Positions 1-8,640 of a stretch of 51,194 nt of DNA are shown here, piece by piece. Below the pieces are notes generated by a model. The model was given only the letters and a program-made list of their open reading frames with translations. It was not told the origin of the DNA and did not search any database. The translations under genes were made by a program, and so were the position numbers. This stretch comes from a virus (Duplodnaviria > Caudoviricetes), in IMG/VR virus record IMGVR_UViG_3300021560_000023, positions 1 to 51,194 of that record; one strand, written 5' to 3'. Numbering within the stretch: the first letter of the stretch is position 1; each line of letters begins with the position of its first letter.

Positions 1-123
1 CCGGAGTCGGGATCAAATGGACCCAGGACGAGGGCCACCCCTCCTCCGCGAGCCCCAGCCACGAGCGCAGCCATTCGGTGGGTCCCATAGCCCTCGTCCG
101 CTGGAGCCGTTTGTACCCAAGCC
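1..123. repeat. Terminal direct repeat copy 1 (circular-assembly overlap)
   Basis: Identical to 51072-51194 (CCGGAGTCGGGATC...TTGTACCCAAGCC). Confidence 0.97.
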
Positions 124-190
124 AGCCCCAGAAGTCCAGCTCAGATCGGACCAGTTTCGCGTCAATCTCCAGTGTCAAATGACTGATCAA
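1..190 (-). CDS. 5' part of a VOC/glyoxalase-fold gene spanning the circular junction (142 aa; continues 51071 down to 50833)
   Basis: Manual translation from TTG at 190: MISHLTLEIDAKLVRSELDFWGWLGYKRLQRTRAM, in frame with ORF 50833..51159; GAGGGAG upstream. Confidence 0.8.
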   Translation of the reverse strand, partial: MISHLTLEIDAKLVRSELDFWGWLGYKRLQRTRAMGPTEWLRSWLGLAEEGWPSSWVHLIPTP

Positions 191-213
191 ATTCGCACGT
201 CTCCCTCATTCCA

Positions 214-333
214 CCAATTGTTCATTAGAGCCATCTCCCTGCCATTCTCTGCCAATTGGACGCTTCAGCTGGCCCCTAGTCCAGGGCCAATCATCGCGTC
301 AATTCTTCCCTGCTATTGCCCAACTTTTTGGCC
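214..333. repeat. AT-rich multi-block element, copy A (inverted relative to 25271-25404)
   Basis: Six colinear blocks shared with the reverse complement of 25271-25404. Confidence 0.85.
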
Positions 334-415
334 TCCCCGGAGAGCCAATTCTCCGCAAAGTAGTTTTCCACAGTTTTGCCCCTCACCCCACCCAGACGCA
401 ACATCGTACTACGCA

Positions 416-1123
416 TCACGTACGATGGAGCCTAGTAGCCGTCCGCGGGCCAGCCGGGGTGCGCAAGTCCTCCACCCACTCGCGGAACTCCGCCGCCAGT
501 TCCCAGGCCTGTATTCGCGGGTCGCCCTCGACCACCCACGACTCCATCCCGGGACCTCCGGCGTACGTGCGCAGGACCTCGCCAACGTACCCGTCCGCTC
601 CGCCGCCGTGACGTGACGGCCAGCCCTCGTCCGCGTGCAAAATGCGCGCCACCCGGAGTGCCATGTGACGGGTCGCGTCCACCCTGTGGTCGCCCCTCCC
701 CAGAGCCCGTCCCTTGCGCTTGGCGTGCGCCATGGGCCACAGCCCCCACTCCTTCAGCCGCTTGTCGGTCGCCCACCCCTTGGCATCTGACGGAGTCTGC
801 TCGCAGACGGTCACTCCCATGGCGTACTGCGCGTCAGGCGAGGACCGCCCGGTGAGCGACAGCCGCCCGTCGAGCCCCGCCTCACGCGGCACGAGCAGTG
901 CCTTGAACCCGGCCGCGACCTCGACGCCGGTGAGGTCCACCGTCACCTGGCGGAGGGCGAATGACTCCAACACCAACCAGATTCTGAACCCCTCCTCGAC
1001 GCCGTACGCCTTCCCAACCCTCTCGCCGCGCAGCCGCTGCTCGATGGTGGTGTCTGCCCAGAACAGACCTCGTGCCACGCCGGTCGCCTTCCCCGGGTCG
1101 ATGGCCATCACCGCGAACCTCAT
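416..1123 (-). CDS. RuvC-like Holliday junction resolvase, apparently internally rearranged
   Basis: AIDPGKATG, WLVLESF, QTPSDAK..ATDKRLK, HRVDATRH motifs; last gene of the replication module. Confidence 0.7.
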   Translation of the reverse strand: MRFAVMAIDPGKATGVARGLFWADTTIEQRLRGERVGKAYGVEEGFRIWLVLESFALRQVTVDLTGVEVAAGFKALLVPREAGLDGRLSLTGRSSPDAQYAMGVTVCEQTPSDAKGWATDKRLKEWGLWPMAHAKRKGRALGRGDHRVDATRHMALRVARILHADEGWPSRHGGGADGYVGEVLRTYAGGPGMESWVVEGDPRIQAWELAAEFREWVEDLRTPAGPRTATRLHRT

Positions 1124-1144
1124 CCAGCCTCCTCTCGTGTTTGG

Positions 1145-1360
1145 GTGCGCCCGGCTAGCTGAAGGGGTGGCGTGAGCGGGTGCGCCCTAGAACCCCTAGA
1201 GGGGTTCGGCGCACTCCCACCCACCCCCAGTGCGCCCGCCCACCGGGGCGCACCGGGGCGCACTGACCACATTCCCGCTGCTAATCCCATGTTTTCAGTG
1301 CGCCCCGTGGTAGTACATTGTCGAGCGGTTCGGGCCAAACTCCTGCCTCAGTGCGCCCCG
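1145..1360. repeat. Iteron-like GTGCGCC array, putative replication origin
   Basis: 8 copies in both orientations plus near-palindrome GAACCCCTAGAGGGGTTC (1190-1207), at the 3' end of the primase-helicase gene. Confidence 0.6.
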
Positions 1361-2935
1361 CCCAGTAAGTACAGCTAATCCATCCCGTACTCGCTCCCTC
1401 CGGCCACCCATCGCACGCTCGACCTTGGACTGGCTCATCCCGTCCTCGATGACCCCCAGGAGTTCGGCCAGGTACACCGGGTCATTCGCCTCCTGCTCCT
1501 TGCGCTGCTCCTTCTGTTCCTCACGAGCCTCCTCCCGTCGAGCCGCCTTCTCCCGCATGAAGTCCTCCGGCAGGTACTCATCCCCGGCTGCTCCCCGGGT
1601 GACGTCCCAGACCATCGAGGTCCCCAACGACAGCTTCTCCATGCGCATCGCCTTGAGTGGTCCGTACCGGTTCTTGTCGACGTGGAACAGCCCCGCCTCG
1701 CGGGACCCCATAGCCTCCAGCTTCAGCACTGCCTCGCTGAACATCTGTAGGTGTTTCGTTCCGCGAGCCTCGCCCACCGCGTTGGTGTGCTGTAGGACGA
1801 TCACGGTGATGTCGAGGACGAGGGCGAGCGACCTCATCCCCAGCGCAAAGTCCCGGGTGTCCTCCACGCCGTCCTTGTTGACCGTCCCGTACAACCCGGC
1901 GGAGTCCACGATCACGACCCGGACGCCGCCGTGTCGCAGGACCTCCAAGGCGAGCCGGGCGAGTCCGGCCGGGCTCGTGATGTCCCAAGTCGCCTGCGTG
2001 AAGTAGCAGGGAGCCGCCCCGTTGAGGTCCCCGCGGGAGCGGACGAGAGCCCCGTACACCGGTCCCAGCTGCTGAGTCCCCTCGCCCTCCAGCATCAGGA
2101 CGGAGCCCTTGTCCACCCGGTAGCCGTTCCAGTCGTGGCCCCGGGCGATGGCGTCCGCGATGTCCGACACCAGGATGGTTTTACCCACGCCCGGAGCCCC
2201 GTACATCACGGTGTAGCCGACCTCTGGAACCCAACCCTCGACCTGCCACCGCGGCGGAGGTTGGTTGAGGATGTCCTCGACCGTGAGCCACTCAATCCGC
2301 GGCTCGCCGCCTGCGAACATCTCCAGGACCTCCTCCAGCTGCTCGCGGAACTCGCCCGCCCCGGACAGGACCGACTCGACAGCCTCCCGCTCCTTGTAGC
2401 CGTCCTCCGCCTGCTCCGGGACCGGTGGCGGGTCCTCCCTCACGAGGTCCCTCCAGCCTAAGCCATTATCCAGGTGGTCACTGACGTCCTTCCCACGCGC
2501 TGGCCGCCAACACTCATAGGAGGCTCCGACCTCCCTCAGAGCCTCCATCGTCCAGTGAGCCCGCCGGGAGCCGTCCACGTCCCGGTCCCAGATGATCATC
2601 ACGGTCGCCCCGGCCAGCGGGCGGGCGAGTCCCGCGGGCCACTTGCCGTTCTGGGGAGCAGTCGTGGCAGGACCAAACCCCTCCCTCACGAGCCGGTCCG
2701 CGTCCTTCTCGCCCTCGACCAGCACGATGTCCAGCCCCTCACCGACTCCCGCCACGACCTCCGGGAGCCGGTACAGCACGTCAAGCTCAGAGCCGTACCC
2801 GGCGGACCAGCCCGACTCTGTGTAACACTCCCACGCGAACCCCTTGGGCTCAAACCTGATCTTGCGGCGGATCGGCTCGCCCTGGCGGGTCACGTAGTGG
2901 TACGTCGCAACCTCCCTCCGTTCAGCCCTTGCCAT
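1295..2935 (-). CDS. TOPRIM primase / AAA_25 (RepA-like) helicase
   Basis: VEGEKDAD, WDRDVDG, GKDVSD; Walker A GAPGVGKT, Walker B VVIVDS, DKNRYG. Confidence 0.9.
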   Translation of the reverse strand: MARAERREVATYHYVTRQGEPIRRKIRFEPKGFAWECYTESGWSAGYGSELDVLYRLPEVVAGVGEGLDIVLVEGEKDADRLVREGFGPATTAPQNGKWPAGLARPLAGATVMIIWDRDVDGSRRAHWTMEALREVGASYECWRPARGKDVSDHLDNGLGWRDLVREDPPPVPEQAEDGYKEREAVESVLSGAGEFREQLEEVLEMFAGGEPRIEWLTVEDILNQPPPRWQVEGWVPEVGYTVMYGAPGVGKTILVSDIADAIARGHDWNGYRVDKGSVLMLEGEGTQQLGPVYGALVRSRGDLNGAAPCYFTQATWDITSPAGLARLALEVLRHGGVRVVIVDSAGLYGTVNKDGVEDTRDFALGMRSLALVLDITVIVLQHTNAVGEARGTKHLQMFSEAVLKLEAMGSREAGLFHVDKNRYGPLKAMRMEKLSLGTSMVWDVTRGAAGDEYLPEDFMREKAARREEAREEQKEQRKEQEANDPVYLAELLGVIEDGMSQSKVERAMGGRRERVRDGLAVLTGRGALRQEFGPNRSTMYYHGAH

Positions 2936-3008
2936 TTTCTGCCAATCTCTGATCGCGGACCATAGACCCTGGGCTACCCCCCAGGTGTCCCCCAGAACGC
3001 CTCAGAAA
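2935..3008. promoter_or_regulatory. Dispersed TCTGCCAAT / CCTGGGCTACCCCCCAGG module
   Basis: TCTGCCAATCTCT at 2938; 18-mer 2968-2985 identical to 26672-26689. Confidence 0.6.
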
Positions 3009-3084
3009 CCATGGCTCCGTCATGCCTCTGCCCACTTCCTGGGGCAGGCGTGGGGCGAATAGGTGGACGGGCACGAGTCCGGCT

Positions 3085-3939
3085 CTAGCGCACCCACCCT
3101 GCTGTCGGGTCAGTCAGCCATTCTCGCGGGTCCACCTCATCGAATGCCCCGCGGTCCACCCGCTCGCGGATCGTACAGCCCCGGTCAAAGTCCGCCTGGA
3201 ACGGGCACCGGCCGTGCGCGTAGCAGACAGGGCGGAACAGGTTGGACTCCGCGATGAACCGGAACTGCCACTCAGTCGAGCGGTCCGGCGGCTCATACGC
3301 CGCGAGAGCAGACACGATCTGGGAGCCGACCAGCCGCCACTCAAACTGGGCCTGTGTACACAGCCGGTTCCCCAGGTGGTCCACGAGGTTGCGGAGGTTG
3401 GTCTTGTAGTTCAGCCGGGTGAGCGTGTCGTGCGGGAGGAGCCCGCGAGCCTCCTCCGCGGGGACGCCGTTGGCGATCAGCGACCGGTACGCCTCCCACG
3501 TGTTCTTGATGTGCGCGTTCCAGACCCGCCTCGCCTGCTTGTTCGCTCCCACGAGCGGACCCGGGCGAGCCGCGATGTCCTCCTTGACCGCGAACCGCAT
3601 TGACTCCTGAGCGTACACCGCCGTCCGCTGGCGGACCATCTGGTGGGTGAACGCACGTGTGACGTTCTCCACCATAAAGTGGAGGTCCACCGCCTCCAGG
3701 GGAGCCTTGAGGTGCGTCGCATTAGCTTGGTCCCACGCCCAACGCCGCTCCTCGTCCGTTAGCTCCATCAGGGACCGGATCACCCGACCCTGGTACATGA
3801 AGGCGAATGCCGCTATGGACCCCAGCGGGTCCGGCGTGGCGGAGAGCAGGGTCACCGTTGGCATCCCGTGTCCCACGACCGGCTCCGCCGGATACATCGC
3901 CTTGTCCACGTATGTGCTGACTTCCGAACCTTCCGTCAT
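3085..3939 (-). CDS. thyX: FAD-dependent thymidylate synthase ThyX-like (RQR variant); start 3939 or 3948
   Basis: HLKAPLE, TRAFTHQMVRQRTAVYAQESMRF, AEEARGLLP, RLCTQAQFEW. Confidence 0.85.
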   Translation of the reverse strand: MTEGSEVSTYVDKAMYPAEPVVGHGMPTVTLLSATPDPLGSIAAFAFMYQGRVIRSLMELTDEERRWAWDQANATHLKAPLEAVDLHFMVENVTRAFTHQMVRQRTAVYAQESMRFAVKEDIAARPGPLVGANKQARRVWNAHIKNTWEAYRSLIANGVPAEEARGLLPHDTLTRLNYKTNLRNLVDHLGNRLCTQAQFEWRLVGSQIVSALAAYEPPDRSTEWQFRFIAESNLFRPVCYAHGRCPFQADFDRGCTIRERVDRGAFDEVDPREWLTDPTAGWVR

Positions 3940-4249
3940 CTCTCTCACTCCTGTGCTGCGCCAGGTGACGCTCGATGGTGTCCAAGGTAGCTTCTGCCAT
4001 CAGTGCCCGCTCCCGCCAGTAGAGTGCGTCATGCGACTCCGTGGGATCGTTGAGCAACCAGCTGAGCAGGAGGACCGTGGCAGAGCCGATCCGTCCCGCC
4101 TCCCATCTATAGAACGTTGACCGCGACACTCCCGCCTGCTCCGCCGCCTCCTTTGGGTCGAGGTCCCGGGCCAGCCTCGCCTCGCGGACGAGTCGCCCGA
4201 TGAACCGCTTCTGGTCACTGCTCGCCTCTGCCCACTCGTACGGTCTCAT
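3722..4249 (-). CDS. XRE-family HTH regulator
   Basis: IGRLVREARLARDLDPKEAAEQAGVSRSTFYRWEAG; ATGA overlap with dnaE stop; 3' tail overlaps thyX. Confidence 0.75.
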   Translation of the reverse strand: MRPYEWAEASSDQKRFIGRLVREARLARDLDPKEAAEQAGVSRSTFYRWEAGRIGSATVLLLSWLLNDPTESHDALYWRERALMAEATLDTIERHLAQHRSERDDGRFGSQHIRGQGDVSGGAGRGTRDANGDPALRHAGPAGVHSGIRLHVPGSGDPVPDGANGRGAALGVGPS

Positions 4250-7200
4250 GGAGTGATCACCCACATCCGCCGGACGTTGAGCTTGCGTACAGCCGACCTC
4301 GCGGGTTTGGACGCCTCGACCAGGAGGAGGTCGGAGCCCGTGTTGAACTCCATGATGTGGTCCCGGTACATCGGGAACCGCCAGCGGTCCACCGTGATCA
4401 GCAGCTGGTCGGTGTCGTCCTCGCCCGTCAACAGCGCCCACTCCCTGAGATGGGCGTCCTTCACCTGCGCCGGGTCTAGCTCGACGCCTCTGGCCCGGTT
4501 CTGTTCAAAGATGTCCCGGATGTTGAGCTTGAGGAACGTCCCCAGCCAGACGCACTTCACTGCTCGACCCACCAGGCTCTCGTCCGCGAGGTCCACGGCC
4601 GTATGAGTCGGCTCCGGGAGCCCGTGGCCCTCCTTCAACCACTCCCTCGTGTTGGCAATGTTCCGGTCGAGCAGGAACGCGCCAAACGGGTCCTCGTCCT
4701 CCAGCCATGCCTTGATCTTCTCCGCCGTCTTGGGGCCAAACCCCTTCAGCTCAACGATCTGGTCCCACGAGGTCGGTTGTCGGTCCCTCGCCCACTGAGC
4801 GACCACCGCCGCCGTCTTGGGTCCGATCCCATTGATGGCCCGGAACCCTGCCCTGATCCCGCCGTGTCGCCCGACCGGGGACCAGCCCTCCTCGCTCTTG
4901 GCCAGCGAGGGACGCCGGACCTTGATCTGGTGCTTGTCCGCGTCCCGGAGGAGGTTGCGTGTCCGCTCCGGGTCGCTCGCCGCCTCTGTGAGGCTCGCCG
5001 CGTAGAACACGTTGGTGTGATACTGCTTGAACCACTGGGTGTAGTAGCTCAGCAGTGCGTACCCGGCGCAGTGGGCCGCGTTGAAGGCGTACGCACCGCT
5101 GGTGACCATGTTCCCCCAGATGCGGTCCGCGAGAACCCGTGGCATCACCCGCTCCGCTCCAGCCAGGAACTCCTCCCGCCTCGCCTGGAACAGCTGCTCG
5201 CCCTTCTTGAGGGCGATGATCTTGCGTATCTCCGCGACACCGGCCGGAGGGAACCCGCCGATGTCCCGGGCCACGCTGAGTATCTGCTCCTGGTACACCA
5301 TCTGAAACTGGGTCGGAGCCGTGATGGCATCGTACGCCGGGTGGACCTTCTCCGGAGCCCGGAGCCCCGCCTTGATCTCCGCGTACTCGCGGGCGGCTCC
5401 GTTGTGGAGCGGTCCCGGGCGACAGAGGGCGATACAGTCCATCAACTCGCTGAACCGCTCCGGCTGGATGCCCGCCGTGACGTACCGGGTCGCCCGCCCC
5501 TCAAACTGGAAGATGCCCGTGAGGTCGCCCGCCCTGAACGCCTCGTACACCCGCGGGTCCCCTAGCTCCAGCCCGTACAGGTCGTGGGTCGTCATCCCGA
5601 CCCGCTTACAGCAGTCCCACAGCATTGACATCGTGTTGAGCCCCAGGAAGTCCATCTTGACGAGCCCCTGTCGCTCCGCGTCCGGCTTGTCGAGGGCGAC
5701 CACCTGAACGATCTGGCCGGAGCCCTTGGGGACCTCCCGCTCAGCGACCGTGGTCACCGATGTGATGGGTTCATTGCTCAACACCAACCCAGCCGCGTGG
5801 ACTCCGAACCCCTTGATGTTGCCCTCCAGCCAGCCGCCCTTGGCGAGGTCCGGGTTGCGGTCCCAGATGGCTCTCGCCTGTGGGAACTGTTCGATGGTGT
5901 CCTCAATGGTGCTGCTCGCCCGGAGGTCCCCGCTCGACCGCTCAATGAGGAACTTCTTCAACTCCTCGACCTCCCACTTGGGGATGCGGAACACCCGGGC
6001 GATGTCGTCCAAGGAGTTGCGCCCCTTGAACTGGATGTAGGTCCCGATGTTGTTGACGCAGCCGGGTCCCATCAGGTCCTCATAGAACCGCCGGAGCAGC
6101 GGGCGAGCCTCGCTGGGGAAGTCGAGGTCAATGTCCGGCAGGTCCTCGCGGGTCACGTCGATGAACCGGTCAAAGGACAGGAGCCCCTCAAACTCCCGGC
6201 GGAGCGGGTTGACCTCCGTTATCCCCAGCAGCCACGCCGCAATCGACGCAGCAGCCGAACCACGAGCCGGACCGACAGGAATGCCAAGAGACTTGACGTG
6301 GCGCACACCAGCAGCGACCAACAGGAAGTAGTCCACAAAGTCCTTCCCCTCGATGAGGGACATCTCGTGGCGCAGCTGGGCGCTGTACGGCTCCCGCTCC
6401 TCCGGGTCCAGCCGGTGTAGCCCGCGTTCACGCCAGCCCTGCTTGAGCAGGGCACGCCAATGCCCTGTCGCTGAGCCCTCCCCGGGCGGGAGCGGGTACC
6501 GGACCATTGGCAGCCGCGGGAGGGTAGCTGTACACTCCTGGGCAATCTCCTCTGTTGACACGATGGCTTCAATGGCCTCCTCCTTACTCAGCCCGGTCGC
6601 CCTCAGACGCCGGTACACGGTGGCATCGTTCGGTGGTGGGCAGAGTGGAGCCGTGTAGCCCCACTCCCTCGCCTGCTCCTCCAGGGTGCGCTTCTCGCCC
6701 GGCCGGAGGTTGTGGAGAATCTTCTGAACCTCCTGCTCCTCCAACATCGTGTAGTGGCAGTCGAGGGTGGCCACGAGCTGTGAGCCGATAGCCCGGGCGA
6801 GCCGCCCCGCGAGAGCGTTGAACCGCCGCGTGACCTCCAACTCCGGGAACGCCTGAACCTCGATCAGGTAGTTGTCCCCGAACGTCTCGCGGAACAGCTG
6901 GGCTATCCGGAGCCCTCTCGCGTACGAGGCACGCTCCTGGGGTATCCCCTTCCCGCCGACCGTCGCACACGCGAGGAGGCTGCCCTGACAGCCGGACAAC
7001 ACAAGGAGCCCGGCTCGCCGCCGGACGAGTTCGTCCCAGGTGACCGTGGGCTCATAGTAGAAGTGTTGCCACGAGCCGGTCACCAGGGCGAGGAGGTTGG
7101 CATAGCCCTGCTGGTCCTTGGCGATCAGGGTGAGGTGGTGCTTGCGCTGCGTCTCCGTGTCCGGCCGTCTCCAGAACCGGCCGCTGGGCATGTAGACCTC

Positions 7201-7509
7201 GCAGCCGAACAGAGGCTTGATCCCCGCCTTCTGAGCAGCCAACTCAAATTTGACGTGGGAGTCGATGTTTCCATGCTCCGTGAGGGCGAGGCTCCCCATC
7301 CCAATCTCACCCGCCCGGCGGACGTGAGCCTCAGGCATCTGGTACCCGTCGAGGTACGAGAGCGTGGTGTGGTGGTGAAGGCTCACGAACCGCATGGGCT
7401 TGAGGCTCCCGTTCGCGGAGCCCCGCCGCCGGATCGGGAGCCCGCCGCCGCCGTGCGAGCCGCCCACCTTGACCTCGTGGGCCGCAAAGTCACCTAGCCT
7501 TGCCGGCAT
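4246..7509 (-). CDS. dnaE: DNA polymerase III alpha subunit
   Basis: PHP domain (LHHHT..SYLDG, LTEHG), RGSAAAS, LPDIDLDF, GVHAAG, KMDFLGL, YAFNAAH. Confidence 0.95.
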   Translation of the reverse strand: MPARLGDFAAHEVKVGGSHGGGGLPIRRRGSANGSLKPMRFVSLHHHTTLSYLDGYQMPEAHVRRAGEIGMGSLALTEHGNIDSHVKFELAAQKAGIKPLFGCEVYMPSGRFWRRPDTETQRKHHLTLIAKDQQGYANLLALVTGSWQHFYYEPTVTWDELVRRRAGLLVLSGCQGSLLACATVGGKGIPQERASYARGLRIAQLFRETFGDNYLIEVQAFPELEVTRRFNALAGRLARAIGSQLVATLDCHYTMLEEQEVQKILHNLRPGEKRTLEEQAREWGYTAPLCPPPNDATVYRRLRATGLSKEEAIEAIVSTEEIAQECTATLPRLPMVRYPLPPGEGSATGHWRALLKQGWRERGLHRLDPEEREPYSAQLRHEMSLIEGKDFVDYFLLVAAGVRHVKSLGIPVGPARGSAAASIAAWLLGITEVNPLRREFEGLLSFDRFIDVTREDLPDIDLDFPSEARPLLRRFYEDLMGPGCVNNIGTYIQFKGRNSLDDIARVFRIPKWEVEELKKFLIERSSGDLRASSTIEDTIEQFPQARAIWDRNPDLAKGGWLEGNIKGFGVHAAGLVLSNEPITSVTTVAEREVPKGSGQIVQVVALDKPDAERQGLVKMDFLGLNTMSMLWDCCKRVGMTTHDLYGLELGDPRVYEAFRAGDLTGIFQFEGRATRYVTAGIQPERFSELMDCIALCRPGPLHNGAAREYAEIKAGLRAPEKVHPAYDAITAPTQFQMVYQEQILSVARDIGGFPPAGVAEIRKIIALKKGEQLFQARREEFLAGAERVMPRVLADRIWGNMVTSGAYAFNAAHCAGYALLSYYTQWFKQYHTNVFYAASLTEAASDPERTRNLLRDADKHQIKVRRPSLAKSEEGWSPVGRHGGIRAGFRAINGIGPKTAAVVAQWARDRQPTSWDQIVELKGFGPKTAEKIKAWLEDEDPFGAFLLDRNIANTREWLKEGHGLPEPTHTAVDLADESLVGRAVKCVWLGTFLKLNIRDIFEQNRARGVELDPAQVKDAHLREWALLTGEDDTDQLLITVDRWRFPMYRDHIMEFNTGSDLLLVEASKPARSAVRKLNVRRMWVITP

Positions 7510-7681
7510 CGCCCTCCTCCTTCTCGACCATCGTGGCCCCCATGAACCGGCCGTGGATCCAGCCCTGTTGGCCCTCGATCAGGACGGCCGTGGTCGGCTG
7601 CTCGCCCACGACCGCCTGTAGCTCGACGATGTCCCGGTCAGAGATCATCACGTCAATCAGCAGCCGAACCCTCATGATCAT
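7490..7681 (-). CDS. Hypothetical protein
   Basis: Translationally coupled small ORF within the operon. Confidence 0.6.
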   Translation of the reverse strand: MIMRVRLLIDVMISDRDIVELQAVVGEQPTTAVLIEGQQGWIHGRFMGATMVEKEEGDAGKAR

Positions 7682-8010
7682 TGCCACCACTCTCCGTCTC
7701 GTGTCGTCTCGCCCTCGATGGCTCTCACCAGGAACCCGCAGAAGTTGATGAGGTCGAGGGCATCGTCAGCCGCGGTCCCTGCTCCGCCGGTCCCCGGCCA
7801 CATCGTGTCCCACAGCCGGTCGGATCGCTCGCGGATGCGCACCACTACGCCTCGCCAGCCCGACCTCCGCCAGTTGTCGCAGTACCGCTCGTTGCGCTCC
7901 GCGTACAGGACGAGAGCCCGGAGCAGGACACGCGCCTGGCGGTGTACATCCTCTCGCCCGGTATATCCCAGCGTCCGGACCGTCCGGCGGACTTGGCTCT
8001 CAGTCAGCAT
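7678..8010 (-). CDS. Nucleotide-modification-associated domain protein (DUF1599/Nmad1-like)
   Basis: LYAERNERYCDNW..GWRGVVVRIRERSDRL...DDALDLINF. Confidence 0.65.
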   Translation of the reverse strand: MLTESQVRRTVRTLGYTGREDVHRQARVLLRALVLYAERNERYCDNWRRSGWRGVVVRIRERSDRLWDTMWPGTGGAGTAADDALDLINFCGFLVRAIEGETTRDGEWWQ

Positions 8011-8332
8011 ACGGGCGGACCTCCACCCGGAGCCCGTACGCCTCAAGCCAGATGCGGCCGGAGCCGGAGTCCCGTGTACACCACTCCCGCCGCCGGAGCC
8101 CGTCCCAGACGTGCCGCGGAACTGTGGCGCAGAAGTGCCCTAGCCCAAGCGGGACCGTATCCCGGCCCACCAGGTGTAGGGTAGTGTGGTTGACATCCTT
8201 GAACCACCGTAGCGGCCAGGGAGCGGGCTCCCCGGGCTCGACCTCCCGGAACCCCAGGATGCGCAACATCTCCTCCAGCCCCTCCTCGTGGAGGTCCGCC
8301 ATGTCAATCTCGTACGTCAGGTGGTGGAACAT
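8000..8332 (-). CDS. VOC/glyoxalase-fold protein
   Basis: FHHLTYEI..LGFREV..WF..LHLV..GHFC..GLRVEV. Confidence 0.6.
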   Translation of the reverse strand: MFHHLTYEIDMADLHEEGLEEMLRILGFREVEPGEPAPWPLRWFKDVNHTTLHLVGRDTVPLGLGHFCATVPRHVWDGLRRREWCTRDSGSGRIWLEAYGLRVEVRPYAD

Positions 8333-8640
8333 CAGAGCCGCTCCATCCACGCCACGGCCAGAGCCGCGATCTGAGCCAACTCCTTCCGGAGCCCCTTGTC
8401 GGAGAAGTCACCCTCATCGACCGCCAGCCCGGTCCGGTTCAACGCTGCTCTCGCGACCTCGCCCATCTCCTCCATCAGGCACGCCGCCCGCTCGATGTCG
8501 GTCATCCCGTCATCGGAGAGGGTGTACTTGAAACGTCCGTCCGCCTTCAGAGCCAGCTGGCGCTTGCGCTCCGACCCGACGATGATGAGGACCCGCTCCA
8601 GCTTGGAGCCGACCTCCAGTTCAGGATCGTACAAGCTCAT
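8332..8640 (-). CDS. MazG-like NTP pyrophosphohydrolase
   Basis: LMEEMGEVARA...LRKELAQIAALAVAW. Confidence 0.8.
   Translation of the reverse strand: MSLYDPELEVGSKLERVLIIVGSERKRQLALKADGRFKYTLSDDGMTDIERAACLMEEMGEVARAALNRTGLAVDEGDFSDKGLRKELAQIAALAVAWMERL

Noticed and set aside
1-123. End repeat as a physical terminal repeat or att site
   Set aside because: It falls mid-gene and the frame is restored on circularisation; best read as assembly overlap
3722-3948. Long XRE/thyX overlap (likewise HAD/SDR 9199-9317) as an overprinted function
   Set aside because: The overlapping tails look like low-information run-on into the next gene
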